Positions 24,652-33,313 of a stretch of 64,000 nucleotides of DNA are shown here, one piece after another (the stretch's first letter is position 1; each line of letters opens with the position of its first letter). The notes under the pieces were generated by a model. It saw only the letters and a program-made list of their open reading frames with translations, was not told the DNA's origin and did no database searches. The translations under genes were made by a program, and so were the position numbers. The stretch spans positions 16,959 through 80,958 of the forward strand of contig CANQAM010000003.1 in NCBI GenBank assembly GCA_947589325.1, given 5' to 3'. This DNA is from an uncultured Bacteroidales bacterium (lineage in GTDB: Bacteria > Bacteroidota > Bacteroidia > Bacteroidales > UBA11471).

Positions 24652-26625
24652 ATGAAAAAATTATTTATTCCTTTTTCTCTTTCCCTGTTTTTATTATCGC
24701 AGGGTTGTGTAGATAATCAATACGGTGGGGATATAGATATGAATGTGCAGCTTGCCGGCAACGGATTGTCTGCCCCGATCGGCGAAACCAGCAAGTTTAC
24801 GCTGAACGACCTTATCGGAGAAGACGATGATCTGAAAACCGACAGCGAGGGTGCTTATTATATCTATCAGGACTCTGAGTCTGATGTGGAATTTTCGACA
24901 ATGGAGCCTTTCGACATTACCGAAGGCTTAAAACCTGAGATTGAACCGACCGGATTGGAGATTCCTCCAGGGTTGCAAGCCGCTGTTGCCGGCGGATCTG
25001 ATTGGAGTGGAGTTATTCAGGATGTAGAAATCGACAATACGGCAGACGTAGAACCGACCGATATAGATGTACCCGACGAGCTCCGTTATATCGATACGAT
25101 TTATTTTACGGAGCCGAAGAATGCGACGCTCACGTTTAGGGTAGATCTGTTTGAAGAAGTAGGCGATGGCAATAGTTTCGATTTGTCTTTGTCGGATATT
25201 GAGGGAGATTTGCCGAAAATGTTGATATTGACGAAGACCGGCAGCGATAAAGGTGCTACCACGCGCAAGACGAGCGATGGTAAAGAAGTTGTTGTTAAAC
25301 AGCACCACTTTACGATATCGGGCACAACCATAGCTGAAGGAGGGGTGTTTACACTGGAAATTCCTATTCACGGTATTTGCGGAAGAGAGTATTTCAATAT
25401 TGTAAACGGGGAATTGGAAATTGTAGGTAACAGTTTCCGCGTCACAGGAAAGGCAGACATTGATGTTAAACTTCCTAACAGGGGGCCGAAAAGGGCGCAA
25501 CTTCTTTCAAAGCCGGTGATAGCGACGGAATTTGAAATAGACCATTTGACGATATCCCATGTTTACGGTGAAGTAGATGCTTCGGCAAACGAAAACTTCT
25601 CTATCGAGATAGGCTCCATGCCCGACTTCTTGAACGACGATAGTGTCAAACTCGATTTCTATCCCTATATCAAATTGCTCGCCATCAATCCGATGGGCGT
25701 TCCGGTAGAGGCATCTCTGACTATTACACCTCAAACCGAAAACGAGAGCAAGCCGATAGAAGCCAAGATAAATATGGAGGCGGCAACCTATAACGATGAT
25801 TCTAAACTTATGGACAAGAAATTGTGTAATTTCTTTCTCTCGGATAGCGTACGCAAACCCGAACCGAAGTATTTTGGCGGTCAATCTATATTGTGGGAGG
25901 ATACGATGGATAGCACGACGTTCCTTGTGAAGGATACGTTGTATACATGGGTAAGAACCCCGCTTTCGAGTCTGCTCGATAACGGAGTGCCCGAATCGCT
26001 CGATGTCGCCATCGAAGCTAATAGTTATACGGTGCCGGGTAAACTGCACGAAATCGTATTGAGCAATGACCCCGACAGCGTCAAGGTCAATTGCTATATG
26101 ACCGTGCCGATGGAATTTGGAGACAGTCTTCGTATCAAATATTCCGAAATAGAGGATGGACTCGAAGATATCTTCGAGAGTTTTTCTTTGAAAGAGGCGA
26201 AAATCAATATCGACTATACAACCACTTTGCCGCTCAATTTGGAAATTTCCTTGGAGGGATTGCAGGAGATACCCGCAGAGGAATTCGAGGAAAATAATCC
26301 TGATTATATAAAATATGAAGATGAAGACGAAGACGAGCCCCGTTATTATAAAGTGCTGAGAGATATAGGTGTCGGAATATTGAAAGAGAACGGTTTGCCG
26401 GGCGGTATAATCAATGGAGCAGCCGAAGGCACAATCAGTACGGGTAAAGTCATTGCCAGTTTGGTGGAGATGAAACCCGATGCCATGAAAAAACTTACGG
26501 CGGTGCGATATACACTGACGGGCAATCCTGCCGGTGCAAGCGGTACCTTGCGCGACTCACAATACGTACAATTGACACTGTCTGCCACTATAAAAAATAT
26601 AGAAGTGGATATCGATTCTTTATAA
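24652..26625 (+). CDS. Acidic lipoprotein, function unknown (657 aa)
   Basis: Signal peptide with lipobox (FLLSQGC), very D/E-rich mature protein. I can recognise no motif. Spot G+C is lower than the neighbours. Confidence 0.75.
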   Translation: MKKLFIPFSLSLFLLSQGCVDNQYGGDIDMNVQLAGNGLSAPIGETSKFTLNDLIGEDDDLKTDSEGAYYIYQDSESDVEFSTMEPFDITEGLKPEIEPTGLEIPPGLQAAVAGGSDWSGVIQDVEIDNTADVEPTDIDVPDELRYIDTIYFTEPKNATLTFRVDLFEEVGDGNSFDLSLSDIEGDLPKMLILTKTGSDKGATTRKTSDGKEVVVKQHHFTISGTTIAEGGVFTLEIPIHGICGREYFNIVNGELEIVGNSFRVTGKADIDVKLPNRGPKRAQLLSKPVIATEFEIDHLTISHVYGEVDASANENFSIEIGSMPDFLNDDSVKLDFYPYIKLLAINPMGVPVEASLTITPQTENESKPIEAKINMEAATYNDDSKLMDKKLCNFFLSDSVRKPEPKYFGGQSILWEDTMDSTTFLVKDTLYTWVRTPLSSLLDNGVPESLDVAIEANSYTVPGKLHEIVLSNDPDSVKVNCYMTVPMEFGDSLRIKYSEIEDGLEDIFESFSLKEAKINIDYTTTLPLNLEISLEGLQEIPAEEFEENNPDYIKYEDEDEDEPRYYKVLRDIGVGILKENGLPGGIINGAAEGTISTGKVIASLVEMKPDAMKKLTAVRYTLTGNPAGASGTLRDSQYVQLTLSATIKNIEVDIDSL

Positions 26626-26646
26626 TTTGTTTAGATGCTTATTGAA

Positions 26647-28038
26647 ATGAAAATCTCACGTACATATAAATATATATTGGCCGGCATGTTTTGCTTTGCC
26701 TTTGCCGGCGTGAATGCCCAGACGCAGCTCGGGTCTTACTTTTTGGAACAGTCGCCCTATCGGCATCAGCTCAATCCAGCTCTTATGCCCGATAGAGGCT
26801 ATTTGGCAATACCCGCATTGGGAAACATTGAATTCAACGTTAATTCGCCGTTGAGTTATAAGTCCTTTATTTATCCTGCTACCGAAGAAAACGGTAAATT
26901 AAATACGTTCCTCAGTCCCGAAGTCGATGCCGAAGATTTTGAGAAGAAAATTAAAGACACGAATCCGGTGATGTTCAACATCGATTTGTCGATACTCTCT
27001 TTCGGATTTTTCAGATGGAACGGATACAATACGTTCGATATCTCTTTGCGAAGCCAGACTTCGCTTGTATTGCCCGGCGACTTGTTCCGCTTTCTCAAAA
27101 ACGGTAATCCGGTAGATGGCGATACGTACGATTTGCACAATACGGCCGTACGGAACAATACTTATGTGGAGCTGGCGTTGGGGCATGCCCATAAAATCAA
27201 CGACCAATGGACGGTGGGTGCCAAATTGAAAGGCCTTGTGGGCGGTGCCAATATCGATGCCCGTTACAAGCGCTTCGACGTTAAGATGACGGAGCAAGAG
27301 TGGCGGATAAATGCTGAGGGAGTAGCCGAGCTGTCTGTCGCAGGCGTTGCTCTGAAGCACGATGAAAAAGATCGGATCGACGGCATAGACTTCGATAGCG
27401 GACAACTCGGCATTGCCGGCGGCGGTGCCGGTATCGACCTCGGCGCTACCTACGAACCGATTGAAAATCTGGTCGTATCGGCAGCTCTTACCAATGTCGG
27501 TTTTATCGTATGGAATAAAAACCATAAAGGCGCGGCGTCGCCGAAAGACGATGTCGTTTTCAACGGTTTTCACGGTATAGGTAACGACGATTACGAAGGG
27601 GGAACGGTCGATGATCAGGTGGACGATAAGTTGGACGAACTCGAAAATATTTATCTGTTCAAAGAGGTCGATGCTCCGAAACGTACGACATGGCTTTCCC
27701 CGACACTTTTGGTCGGCGGTGAATACCAATTGCTGAAGAACCGTATTTCTGCCGGCTTGGTCTATTCGACGACTTTCTATCCGGGACGTGCGCATACACG
27801 TCTTATGGCGAGTCTCAATCTGAAACCCCTGCGCATGATTATGGTCGGCATCAACGGCTCGGTTTCCAATTATGCAAACACGTTCGGTGCGGTAATCAAT
27901 CTCGGACCGTTGTTTGTCGGTGCCGAAATATCCTCGCTGAAAGTAACCCCCGACTTTATTCCGCTGGGAAAATTGGCGGCGAATGTCAATTTCGGACTCA
28001 GTGTTCCGTTGGGCAAGAAACCGAAAGAGAAAAAATAA
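26647..28038 (+). CDS. Predicted outer-membrane beta-barrel protein, function unknown (PorP/SprF- or TraF/DUF5723-like by eye)
   Basis: Signal peptide ...FAFAGVNAQ, N-terminal QSPYRHQLNPALMP motif reminiscent of the PorP/SprF-type NPA motif, alternating amphipathic beta-strand pattern. 10-22 nt downstream of the lipoprotein gene. ATG 26647 preferred over 26635. Confidence 0.7.
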   Translation: MKISRTYKYILAGMFCFAFAGVNAQTQLGSYFLEQSPYRHQLNPALMPDRGYLAIPALGNIEFNVNSPLSYKSFIYPATEENGKLNTFLSPEVDAEDFEKKIKDTNPVMFNIDLSILSFGFFRWNGYNTFDISLRSQTSLVLPGDLFRFLKNGNPVDGDTYDLHNTAVRNNTYVELALGHAHKINDQWTVGAKLKGLVGGANIDARYKRFDVKMTEQEWRINAEGVAELSVAGVALKHDEKDRIDGIDFDSGQLGIAGGGAGIDLGATYEPIENLVVSAALTNVGFIVWNKNHKGAASPKDDVVFNGFHGIGNDDYEGGTVDDQVDDKLDELENIYLFKEVDAPKRTTWLSPTLLVGGEYQLLKNRISAGLVYSTTFYPGRAHTRLMASLNLKPLRMIMVGINGSVSNYANTFGAVINLGPLFVGAEISSLKVTPDFIPLGKLAANVNFGLSVPLGKKPKEKK

Positions 28039-28054
28039 TACAGTACATAACCCG

Positions 28055-28085
28055 ACTGCCCGACCGAAAATCGGGCAGTTTTTTT
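28055..28085 (+). terminator. Rho-independent terminator after the lipoprotein/barrel pair
   Basis: actgcccga-ccgaaaa-tcgggcagt followed by a T-run. Confidence 0.8.
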
Positions 28086-28096
28086 ATACGATTCTC

Positions 28097-28582
28097 GTGG
28101 ACGATATTTTCTGTTTTCACGCCTATACCTTTCCGGTCGGTACGATATGGATAGGGGCGCAGGAGGGTGCAATTATAGATATTTCCTATTCTCCGCTTCG
28201 ACGGGGAGTGGAGCGGGAAACGCCGTCGATACGGCAGGCGGCTTTGCAGCTCGGCGAATATTTCGACGGCAGACGCCGGCAATTTTCTTTGCCATTGTCG
28301 CCCGCAGGGACACCGTTTCAGCGAGCCGTGTGGAACGCCTTGCTGGAAATTTCCTACGGCGATATGTGCACTTACGGCGGAATAGCCCGCGCTGTGGGCT
28401 CTCCTGCCGGAGCGCGTGCGGTGGGTATGGCTTGCAACCGCAATCCCATAGCTATTGTCATACCCTGTCATCGGGTCGTCGGCAGTACGGGCAGGCTTAC
28501 CGGCTATGCCGGAGGGCTTGCGTTGAAAGCGCGCCTTCTGCAGCTCGAAGCGGCAGGTAAACCGGAAAGACTGTGGCGATAA
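28097..28582 (+). CDS. ogt: Methylated-DNA--protein-cysteine methyltransferase
   Basis: Active-site PCHRVVGSTGRLTGYAGGL and YGGIARAVGSPAGARAVG. Start placed at GTG 28097 just after the upstream terminator (no in-frame ATG nearby), so the start is uncertain. Confidence 0.85.
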   Translation: MDDIFCFHAYTFPVGTIWIGAQEGAIIDISYSPLRRGVERETPSIRQAALQLGEYFDGRRRQFSLPLSPAGTPFQRAVWNALLEISYGDMCTYGGIARAVGSPAGARAVGMACNRNPIAIVIPCHRVVGSTGRLTGYAGGLALKARLLQLEAAGKPERLWR

Positions 28583-28587
28583 AAACA

Positions 28588-28621
28588 GAAAGCCTCCGTT
28601 TCACGAAAAACGGAGGCTTTC
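28588..28621. terminator. Bidirectional terminator between ogt and rplS
   Basis: gaaagcctccgttt-cacgaa-aaacggaggctttc, a 14-bp stem. Confidence 0.75.
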
Positions 28622-28641
28622 TATATAAGACCGCTGTTGTC

Positions 28642-28989
28642 TTAAATTCTTTTTTCTCTGATGCGGGCTTTCTTGCCGGTAAGTGCACGCAGGTAGTAGA
28701 GCTTGGCGCGGCGTACTTTACCCACTTTATTGACAGTGATGTTGTCGATGAACGGCGATTCGAGCGGGAAAATTCTTTCCACGCCGATGTTGTCGGACAT
28801 CTTGCGCACTGTAAAACGCTTCTTTTCTCCGCAGCCGGAGATACGGATTACCACCCCGCGATATTGCTGGATACGCTCTTTGTTACCCTCTTTGATGCGG
28901 TATGCCACCGTTACGGTGTCGCCGCTTTTGAACGAGGGGTGTTGTTTTCCCGTTGCAAATGCCTCTTCGGCAATTTTCATCAAATCCAT
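28642..28989 (-). CDS. rplS: 50S ribosomal protein L19
   Basis: [11 protein letters not shown]...[29 protein letters not shown]...RRAKLYYLR: canonical L19. Start trimmed to MDLMK. Confidence 0.93.
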   Translation of the reverse strand: MDLMKIAEEAFATGKQHPSFKSGDTVTVAYRIKEGNKERIQQYRGVVIRISGCGEKKRFTVRKMSDNIGVERIFPLESPFIDNITVNKVGKVRRAKLYYLRALTGKKARIREKRI

Positions 28990-29214
28990 TTCTGTAACTG
29001 TTAAATGTTGATATCGACGCAATATGCACAGGTTACACTATCCCTGCCAGAGATTGCGAAAAGCGGGGCAAAGTAACGATTTTTTTTTGAGAAAAACAAG
29101 AACGATTCTTATTTTTCGCGTTTTGAATGTATATTTTCTGTTACAGCGATGAAAAAAGGACGCGAAAAAAACAGTTATTCTCGGAATTTTCGTTGCCTGT
29201 TTCTCGAAAATAGC

Positions 29215-29222
29215 TATATTTG
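29215..29222 (+). promoter_or_regulatory. -7 promoter motif TATATTTG upstream of the GH3/beta-lactamase fusion gene
   Basis: Exact TAnnTTTG match 28 nt upstream of ATG 29250. Confidence 0.45.
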
Positions 29223-29249
29223 TTTGTCCAAATAAACGGCGGATTTCTT

Positions 29250-32200
29250 ATGAAAAAAATAGTTGTTTTTTTACTTGGCATCGCAGCATGTTTCCCCGTA
29301 AAGGCCGCGCCGACGCGGCTTTATGCCGGTGCCGATACCGCAGCCATGAACCGTTGGGTGGAGTCGGTCATGCGCACCCTGTCGGTGCCCGAGCGCATCG
29401 GGCAGCTCTTTGTGGCGGGTGTGGAAACGAAAATGACCGATGCCAACCGCGCGGCGATAAAGGAGTACGTCGAACATTGCCATGTGGGCGGACTGCTCTT
29501 TTTCGCCGGTACGCCCGAAGACCAGCTGGCGCTCACGCTCGAAGCGCAATCGGCGGCGCGTGTGCCCCTGCTCATTACGTTGGACGGTGAATGGGGGCTG
29601 GCGATGCGCCTTTCGGGTACCCCCGTGTTTCCGCGCAACATGACGCTGGGTGCCGTGCAGAACGATTCGCTCATATATGCCTACGGCCGCGAAATGGGAC
29701 GGGCATGCCGGCGCATGGGCATTCAGGTCAATTTTGCTCCCGTGCTCGATGTAAACAGCAATCCGCTCAATCCCGTCATCGGCATCCGTTCCTTCGGCGA
29801 AAATCCCGAAGAAGTAGCCCGTCGCGCCATTGCCTATGCCGCAGGGTTGGAAGACGAAGGCGTGATGGCGGTGGGCAAGCACTTTCCGGGACACGGCGAT
29901 ACGCACGAAGATTCGCATCAGACGCTCCCGCTGGTCGCGCGGACGAGAGAGCAATTCGACACGTGCGACCTCTATCCGTTCCGCCGCAGCATCGAAGCCG
30001 GATTGTCCGGCATCATGGCGGCGCACCTGCGTGTTCCCGCCCTCGACTCTGCCTCCCGCCCTTCGTCGCTCTCTCCGATCATCGTTACCGACTTGCTGCA
30101 AAAGGAGTTGGGATTTGAAGGACTTGTCTTTACCGACGCCCTTGCCATGAAAGGGGCGGTATCGGCCACCCCTTCTCTCGATGCGCTGCGGGCGGGAAAC
30201 GATGTGCTGCTCGACCCGCTTCACCTGCAACGCGAATACGACAGCCTCGTCGAGGCATACAATAACGGCGAACTCTCCGAGGAGGTAATCGATGCCCATT
30301 GCCGTAAAATACTCCGGTATAAATATCTTTTGGGGCTCAATCATTATGAGCCGGTATCGGTCGAGGGCTTGCGGCAAGACCTCAATACCCTCGAAGCCCG
30401 AAAACTCATACGACAGCTTTCGGCACAAGCCGTTACCGTTGCGCGGAATCAGGAAGAGCGCCTGCCGTTCACGCATCTCGACAAGAGCGGGTTCGGGGTG
30501 GTCGTCATCGGAAAAAACGATGCGAATGCTTTTCTGACCCGTTTGCGGGAATACGTGCCCCTTACCTACGTCGTGCGGCTGAATGCCGAAACCGGCGATA
30601 AAGAAATTGCAACAGCGCGTCGCACCGTCGGAAAAACACGGACGATAGTCGCCGTATTCTCGAATGATGCCAAAGAGGTGCAGATGGCGCAGAAAGTTTT
30701 GTCCGACGCCGATAAGACGCTCGTGTTCTTTACCTCGCCTTATCGGGCGGAACGCTATCGGAAATTGATTCGGCAGTCCGATGCCGTCGTGTTTGCCTAC
30801 GAAGGTTATGATGTCATGCAGGAGTGCGCCGCCGAAACGCTTTTCGGGGGCAATGCAGCTTCCGGCCGGCTGCCCGTGAGTGTCGGCAATCTGTTCCGGC
30901 AGGGCGACGGCATCGATATCGATGTGTCGCGGTTGGGACATGCCTTTCCCGAAGAAGTCGGCATGGACAGCCGCGCCCTGAGCCGCATCGACAGTATCGT
31001 GCGGGAAGGCATCGACAGCATGGCTTTTCCGGGTTGCCAGATACTCGTTTCCCGTCATAAGAAAATCGTTTACGAACGGGCGTTCGGATATTTCGACTAC
31101 GAAAAGACGCACGCTGTCAGGTTGGACGACATCTACGACCTCGCTTCCATTACGAAAGTGATGGCTACCCTGCCGGCAATCATGTGGCTCAACGACCACG
31201 AACAGGTGCGGCTTGCCGCGCCGCTCGGCTTCTATCTGCCGGAGTTGCGCGACCATGGTTTGTCGGCGATTACGTTGCGTCAGACCCTGATGCACGAAAG
31301 CGGCTTGCCCGCCACCATACCTTTGCGCCGCCTGCTGTTGGATCCCGACAGTTATCCGTCGCCCTTGTTGAAACGTCATCGGGACAGCGAGTACCGCATT
31401 CAGGTCGATCGCAATTGGTATGCCTATAAAGATTGCCGCTTGAAACCTTGGTTGGTCAATGACACCGAAACTCCCGATTTTTCTCTGCCCGTCACGGACA
31501 AACTGTATGCCGACAAACATTTGCCCGATACGATATGGAATGCCATTCTTTCGGTGAACCGCATGAAAGAGCCTGTTTACAAATATAGCGACCTCAATTT
31601 CATTATCCTCCAAAAACTGACCGAACGGATTTCGGGAGAAGGACTCGACCGCTTTATCGAGAAACGCCTGCTGCGACCTATCGGCGCCTATCGCACGACG
31701 TTCCGCCCTACGCTGAAATTCGACTCGACCCGCATTGCCCCCACCGAATACGATGCCTTTCTCCGCCACCAGCTTATCGACGGATACCCCCACGATGAAC
31801 TGGCGTGCTTCATGGGCGGCGTGAGCGGGAACGCCGGACTTTTTTCCAACGCCCGCGACTTAGCAAAAATATTGCAAATGCTGCAAGACAAAGGATCATA
31901 CGGCAACGAAGAATATCTGGAACCCACTACCGTCCAACTGTTTGTTACGACGAAAAGCTCGCGCAGCCGGCGCGGACTGGGATTTGACAAACCCGATACC
32001 GGACATCCGCACCGAAGCCCGACCTGTGAAGAAGCGCCGGCGTCGGTCTATGGACATACCGGTTACACGGGCACCGCTTTCTGGGTCGATCCCGATAACG
32101 ACCTCATCTATATTTTTCTCTGCAATCGTGTTTATCCGCATCGCTGGAATACACGGTTGCAAGACATGAATATCCGCACCCGCATACAGTCGGTCATTTA

Positions 32201-32252
32201 TCAATCGCTCTATCCGGCTACCGCTCATTTCTCCGAAAAAATATCCGAGTAA
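29250..32252 (+). CDS. Fusion protein: GH3 NagZ-like beta-N-acetylhexosaminidase domain plus class C/AmpH-like serine beta-lactamase-fold hydrolase domain
   Basis: Signal peptide. N-terminal GH3 motifs (RIGQLF, ITLDGEWG, KHFPGHGDTHEDSHQTLP). C-terminal SxxK motif in YDLASITKVMATLP and YSDLNF. 1000 aa. Confidence 0.85.
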   Translation: MKKIVVFLLGIAACFPVKAAPTRLYAGADTAAMNRWVESVMRTLSVPERIGQLFVAGVETKMTDANRAAIKEYVEHCHVGGLLFFAGTPEDQLALTLEAQSAARVPLLITLDGEWGLAMRLSGTPVFPRNMTLGAVQNDSLIYAYGREMGRACRRMGIQVNFAPVLDVNSNPLNPVIGIRSFGENPEEVARRAIAYAAGLEDEGVMAVGKHFPGHGDTHEDSHQTLPLVARTREQFDTCDLYPFRRSIEAGLSGIMAAHLRVPALDSASRPSSLSPIIVTDLLQKELGFEGLVFTDALAMKGAVSATPSLDALRAGNDVLLDPLHLQREYDSLVEAYNNGELSEEVIDAHCRKILRYKYLLGLNHYEPVSVEGLRQDLNTLEARKLIRQLSAQAVTVARNQEERLPFTHLDKSGFGVVVIGKNDANAFLTRLREYVPLTYVVRLNAETGDKEIATARRTVGKTRTIVAVFSNDAKEVQMAQKVLSDADKTLVFFTSPYRAERYRKLIRQSDAVVFAYEGYDVMQECAAETLFGGNAASGRLPVSVGNLFRQGDGIDIDVSRLGHAFPEEVGMDSRALSRIDSIVREGIDSMAFPGCQILVSRHKKIVYERAFGYFDYEKTHAVRLDDIYDLASITKVMATLPAIMWLNDHEQVRLAAPLGFYLPELRDHGLSAITLRQTLMHESGLPATIPLRRLLLDPDSYPSPLLKRHRDSEYRIQVDRNWYAYKDCRLKPWLVNDTETPDFSLPVTDKLYADKHLPDTIWNAILSVNRMKEPVYKYSDLNFIILQKLTERISGEGLDRFIEKRLLRPIGAYRTTFRPTLKFDSTRIAPTEYDAFLRHQLIDGYPHDELACFMGGVSGNAGLFSNARDLAKILQMLQDKGSYGNEEYLEPTTVQLFVTTKSSRSRRGLGFDKPDTGHPHRSPTCEEAPASVYGHTGYTGTAFWVDPDNDLIYIFLCNRVYPHRWNTRLQDMNIRTRIQSVIYQSLYPATAHFSEKISE

Positions 32253-32692
32253 AACACCTCTTTCCAATTGGCAACCTTATGCCCGTCGGGTGCCGTGCAG
32301 TTGTCGATATGGGTCGCACAATGACTTTCCGATATGAATGCCGCTTCGACCGCCGAGACGATGCGTACGCAAACCGGCGACATCATGCGTCGCAGCGCCG
32401 GCGCCGCACTTATCGACAAAGGACTGGAAAGACTTATGGGAACGAAAGTGCGTCCCGTCAGCCTGTCGGCTTCGATGCGCTCGGAAAGTCGCAGCCACTC
32501 GCCGGGCAGTACGGCGTCGCTCCAATGCGTGGAAAGTAATAGCAAAACATCGTATTTCGACAATATTGCCGACGTCAATGCCGAAACGTGCATCACGTCG
32601 GCTGCCGGCAGCGCCAGCCGCGATTTCAGCTTTTCTGCGGCATCTCCTTTTTGGGCAGAGGTGTCGTAGACAATGGCGATTTTTTCTTTCAT
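32225..32692 (-). CDS. Flavodoxin-like fold protein (hypothetical)
   Basis: MKEKIAIVYDTSAQKGDAAEKLK...YDVLLLLSTHW: flavodoxin-like beta-alpha pattern. Start trimmed to MKEKIAIVY. Converges on and overlaps the GH3 fusion gene 3' end by 28 nt. Confidence 0.5.
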   Translation of the reverse strand: MKEKIAIVYDTSAQKGDAAEKLKSRLALPAADVMHVSALTSAILSKYDVLLLLSTHWSDAVLPGEWLRLSERIEADRLTGRTFVPISLSSPLSISAAPALRRMMSPVCVRIVSAVEAAFISESHCATHIDNCTAPDGHKVANWKEVFYSDIFSEK

Positions 32693-32846
32693 ACCGTAAA
32701 ATGTTAGTATCGGGAAAACGTCGCTGTCGCCGGTAATGTTTAGTATAAAAATCGTAAGACATGATAAAAAATGCACTGAGGAAGAAAAACTGTTTTTTTG
32801 TAAAATAAATATTTTCCAATCTTTACAAAAGGTGGCAGTTTTTTTG

Positions 32847-32854
32847 TATATTTG
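32847..32854 (+). promoter_or_regulatory. -7 promoter motif TATATTTG upstream of the three-gene GNAT-like/PAPS-reductase-like/ParB-like operon
   Basis: Exact TAnnTTTG match 31 nt upstream of ATG 32885. It overlaps the track's TTG start at 32852, which argues against that start. Confidence 0.45.
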
Positions 32855-32884
32855 CCAAAATCTCAGGTCGTAAAAATCTGCGTT

Positions 32885-33313
32885 ATGAAAATCGAGAAAT
32901 TAGGAGGCACCTCGCCCCAACTCTACAAATTAGTCGCTCCGTTGGTTTTGGATCCCGATGTGCTGCGGCAGAACAATAATTGTCCGTTTCGGACGACAGA
33001 ACACCACGAATGGCTGGTGGCAACCGACGACGAAGGGACGACGGCAAAAGCCTTTTTCCCGATAGAACGCCGATTGACGTATTGGTATATCAATAATTAT
33101 TTTGTTCCCGAACAAGATGAAAAACAGATATTGAAAGTCTTTGTACGCGAAGCAAAACGTCTTTGTGAAAAGAAAATGCCGGTTGTCATCGTAGCCCTTG
33201 CACGTCATGCGGATTTCTTGTATGAAAAAGGTTTTTCGATAGAAAAGGAATGGAAGTTATACGTAAAGATGAAATATGTCAAGCCCGAAAGGAAAACGCA
33301 GAAACGTATATGA
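32885..33313 (+). CDS. Small protein with GNAT-like C-terminal half, function unknown (142 aa)
   Basis: C-terminal pattern KMPVVIVALARHADFLYEKGFSIEKEW resembles the GNAT beta-alpha-beta core (..FYxKxGF..). I found no clear Q/RxxGxG/A acetyl-CoA motif. The 3' end overlaps the next gene by 38 nt. Confidence 0.6.
   Translation: MKIEKLGGTSPQLYKLVAPLVLDPDVLRQNNNCPFRTTEHHEWLVATDDEGTTAKAFFPIERRLTYWYINNYFVPEQDEKQILKVFVREAKRLCEKKMPVVIVALARHADFLYEKGFSIEKEWKLYVKMKYVKPERKTQKRI

Noticed and set aside
29271-31793. 840-aa minus-strand ORF opposite the GH3/beta-lactamase fusion gene
   Set aside because: It is an antisense shadow with Arg/Gly/Ala-rich low-information sequence and no motifs.
32277-32819. Alternative ORFs overlapping the flavodoxin-like gene (32277-32819 minus and three plus-strand ORFs)
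   Set aside because: Their Arg-rich translations have no fold-like pattern. The 32225-32692 frame gives a plausible flavodoxin-like beta-alpha pattern, though even that call is only moderate.
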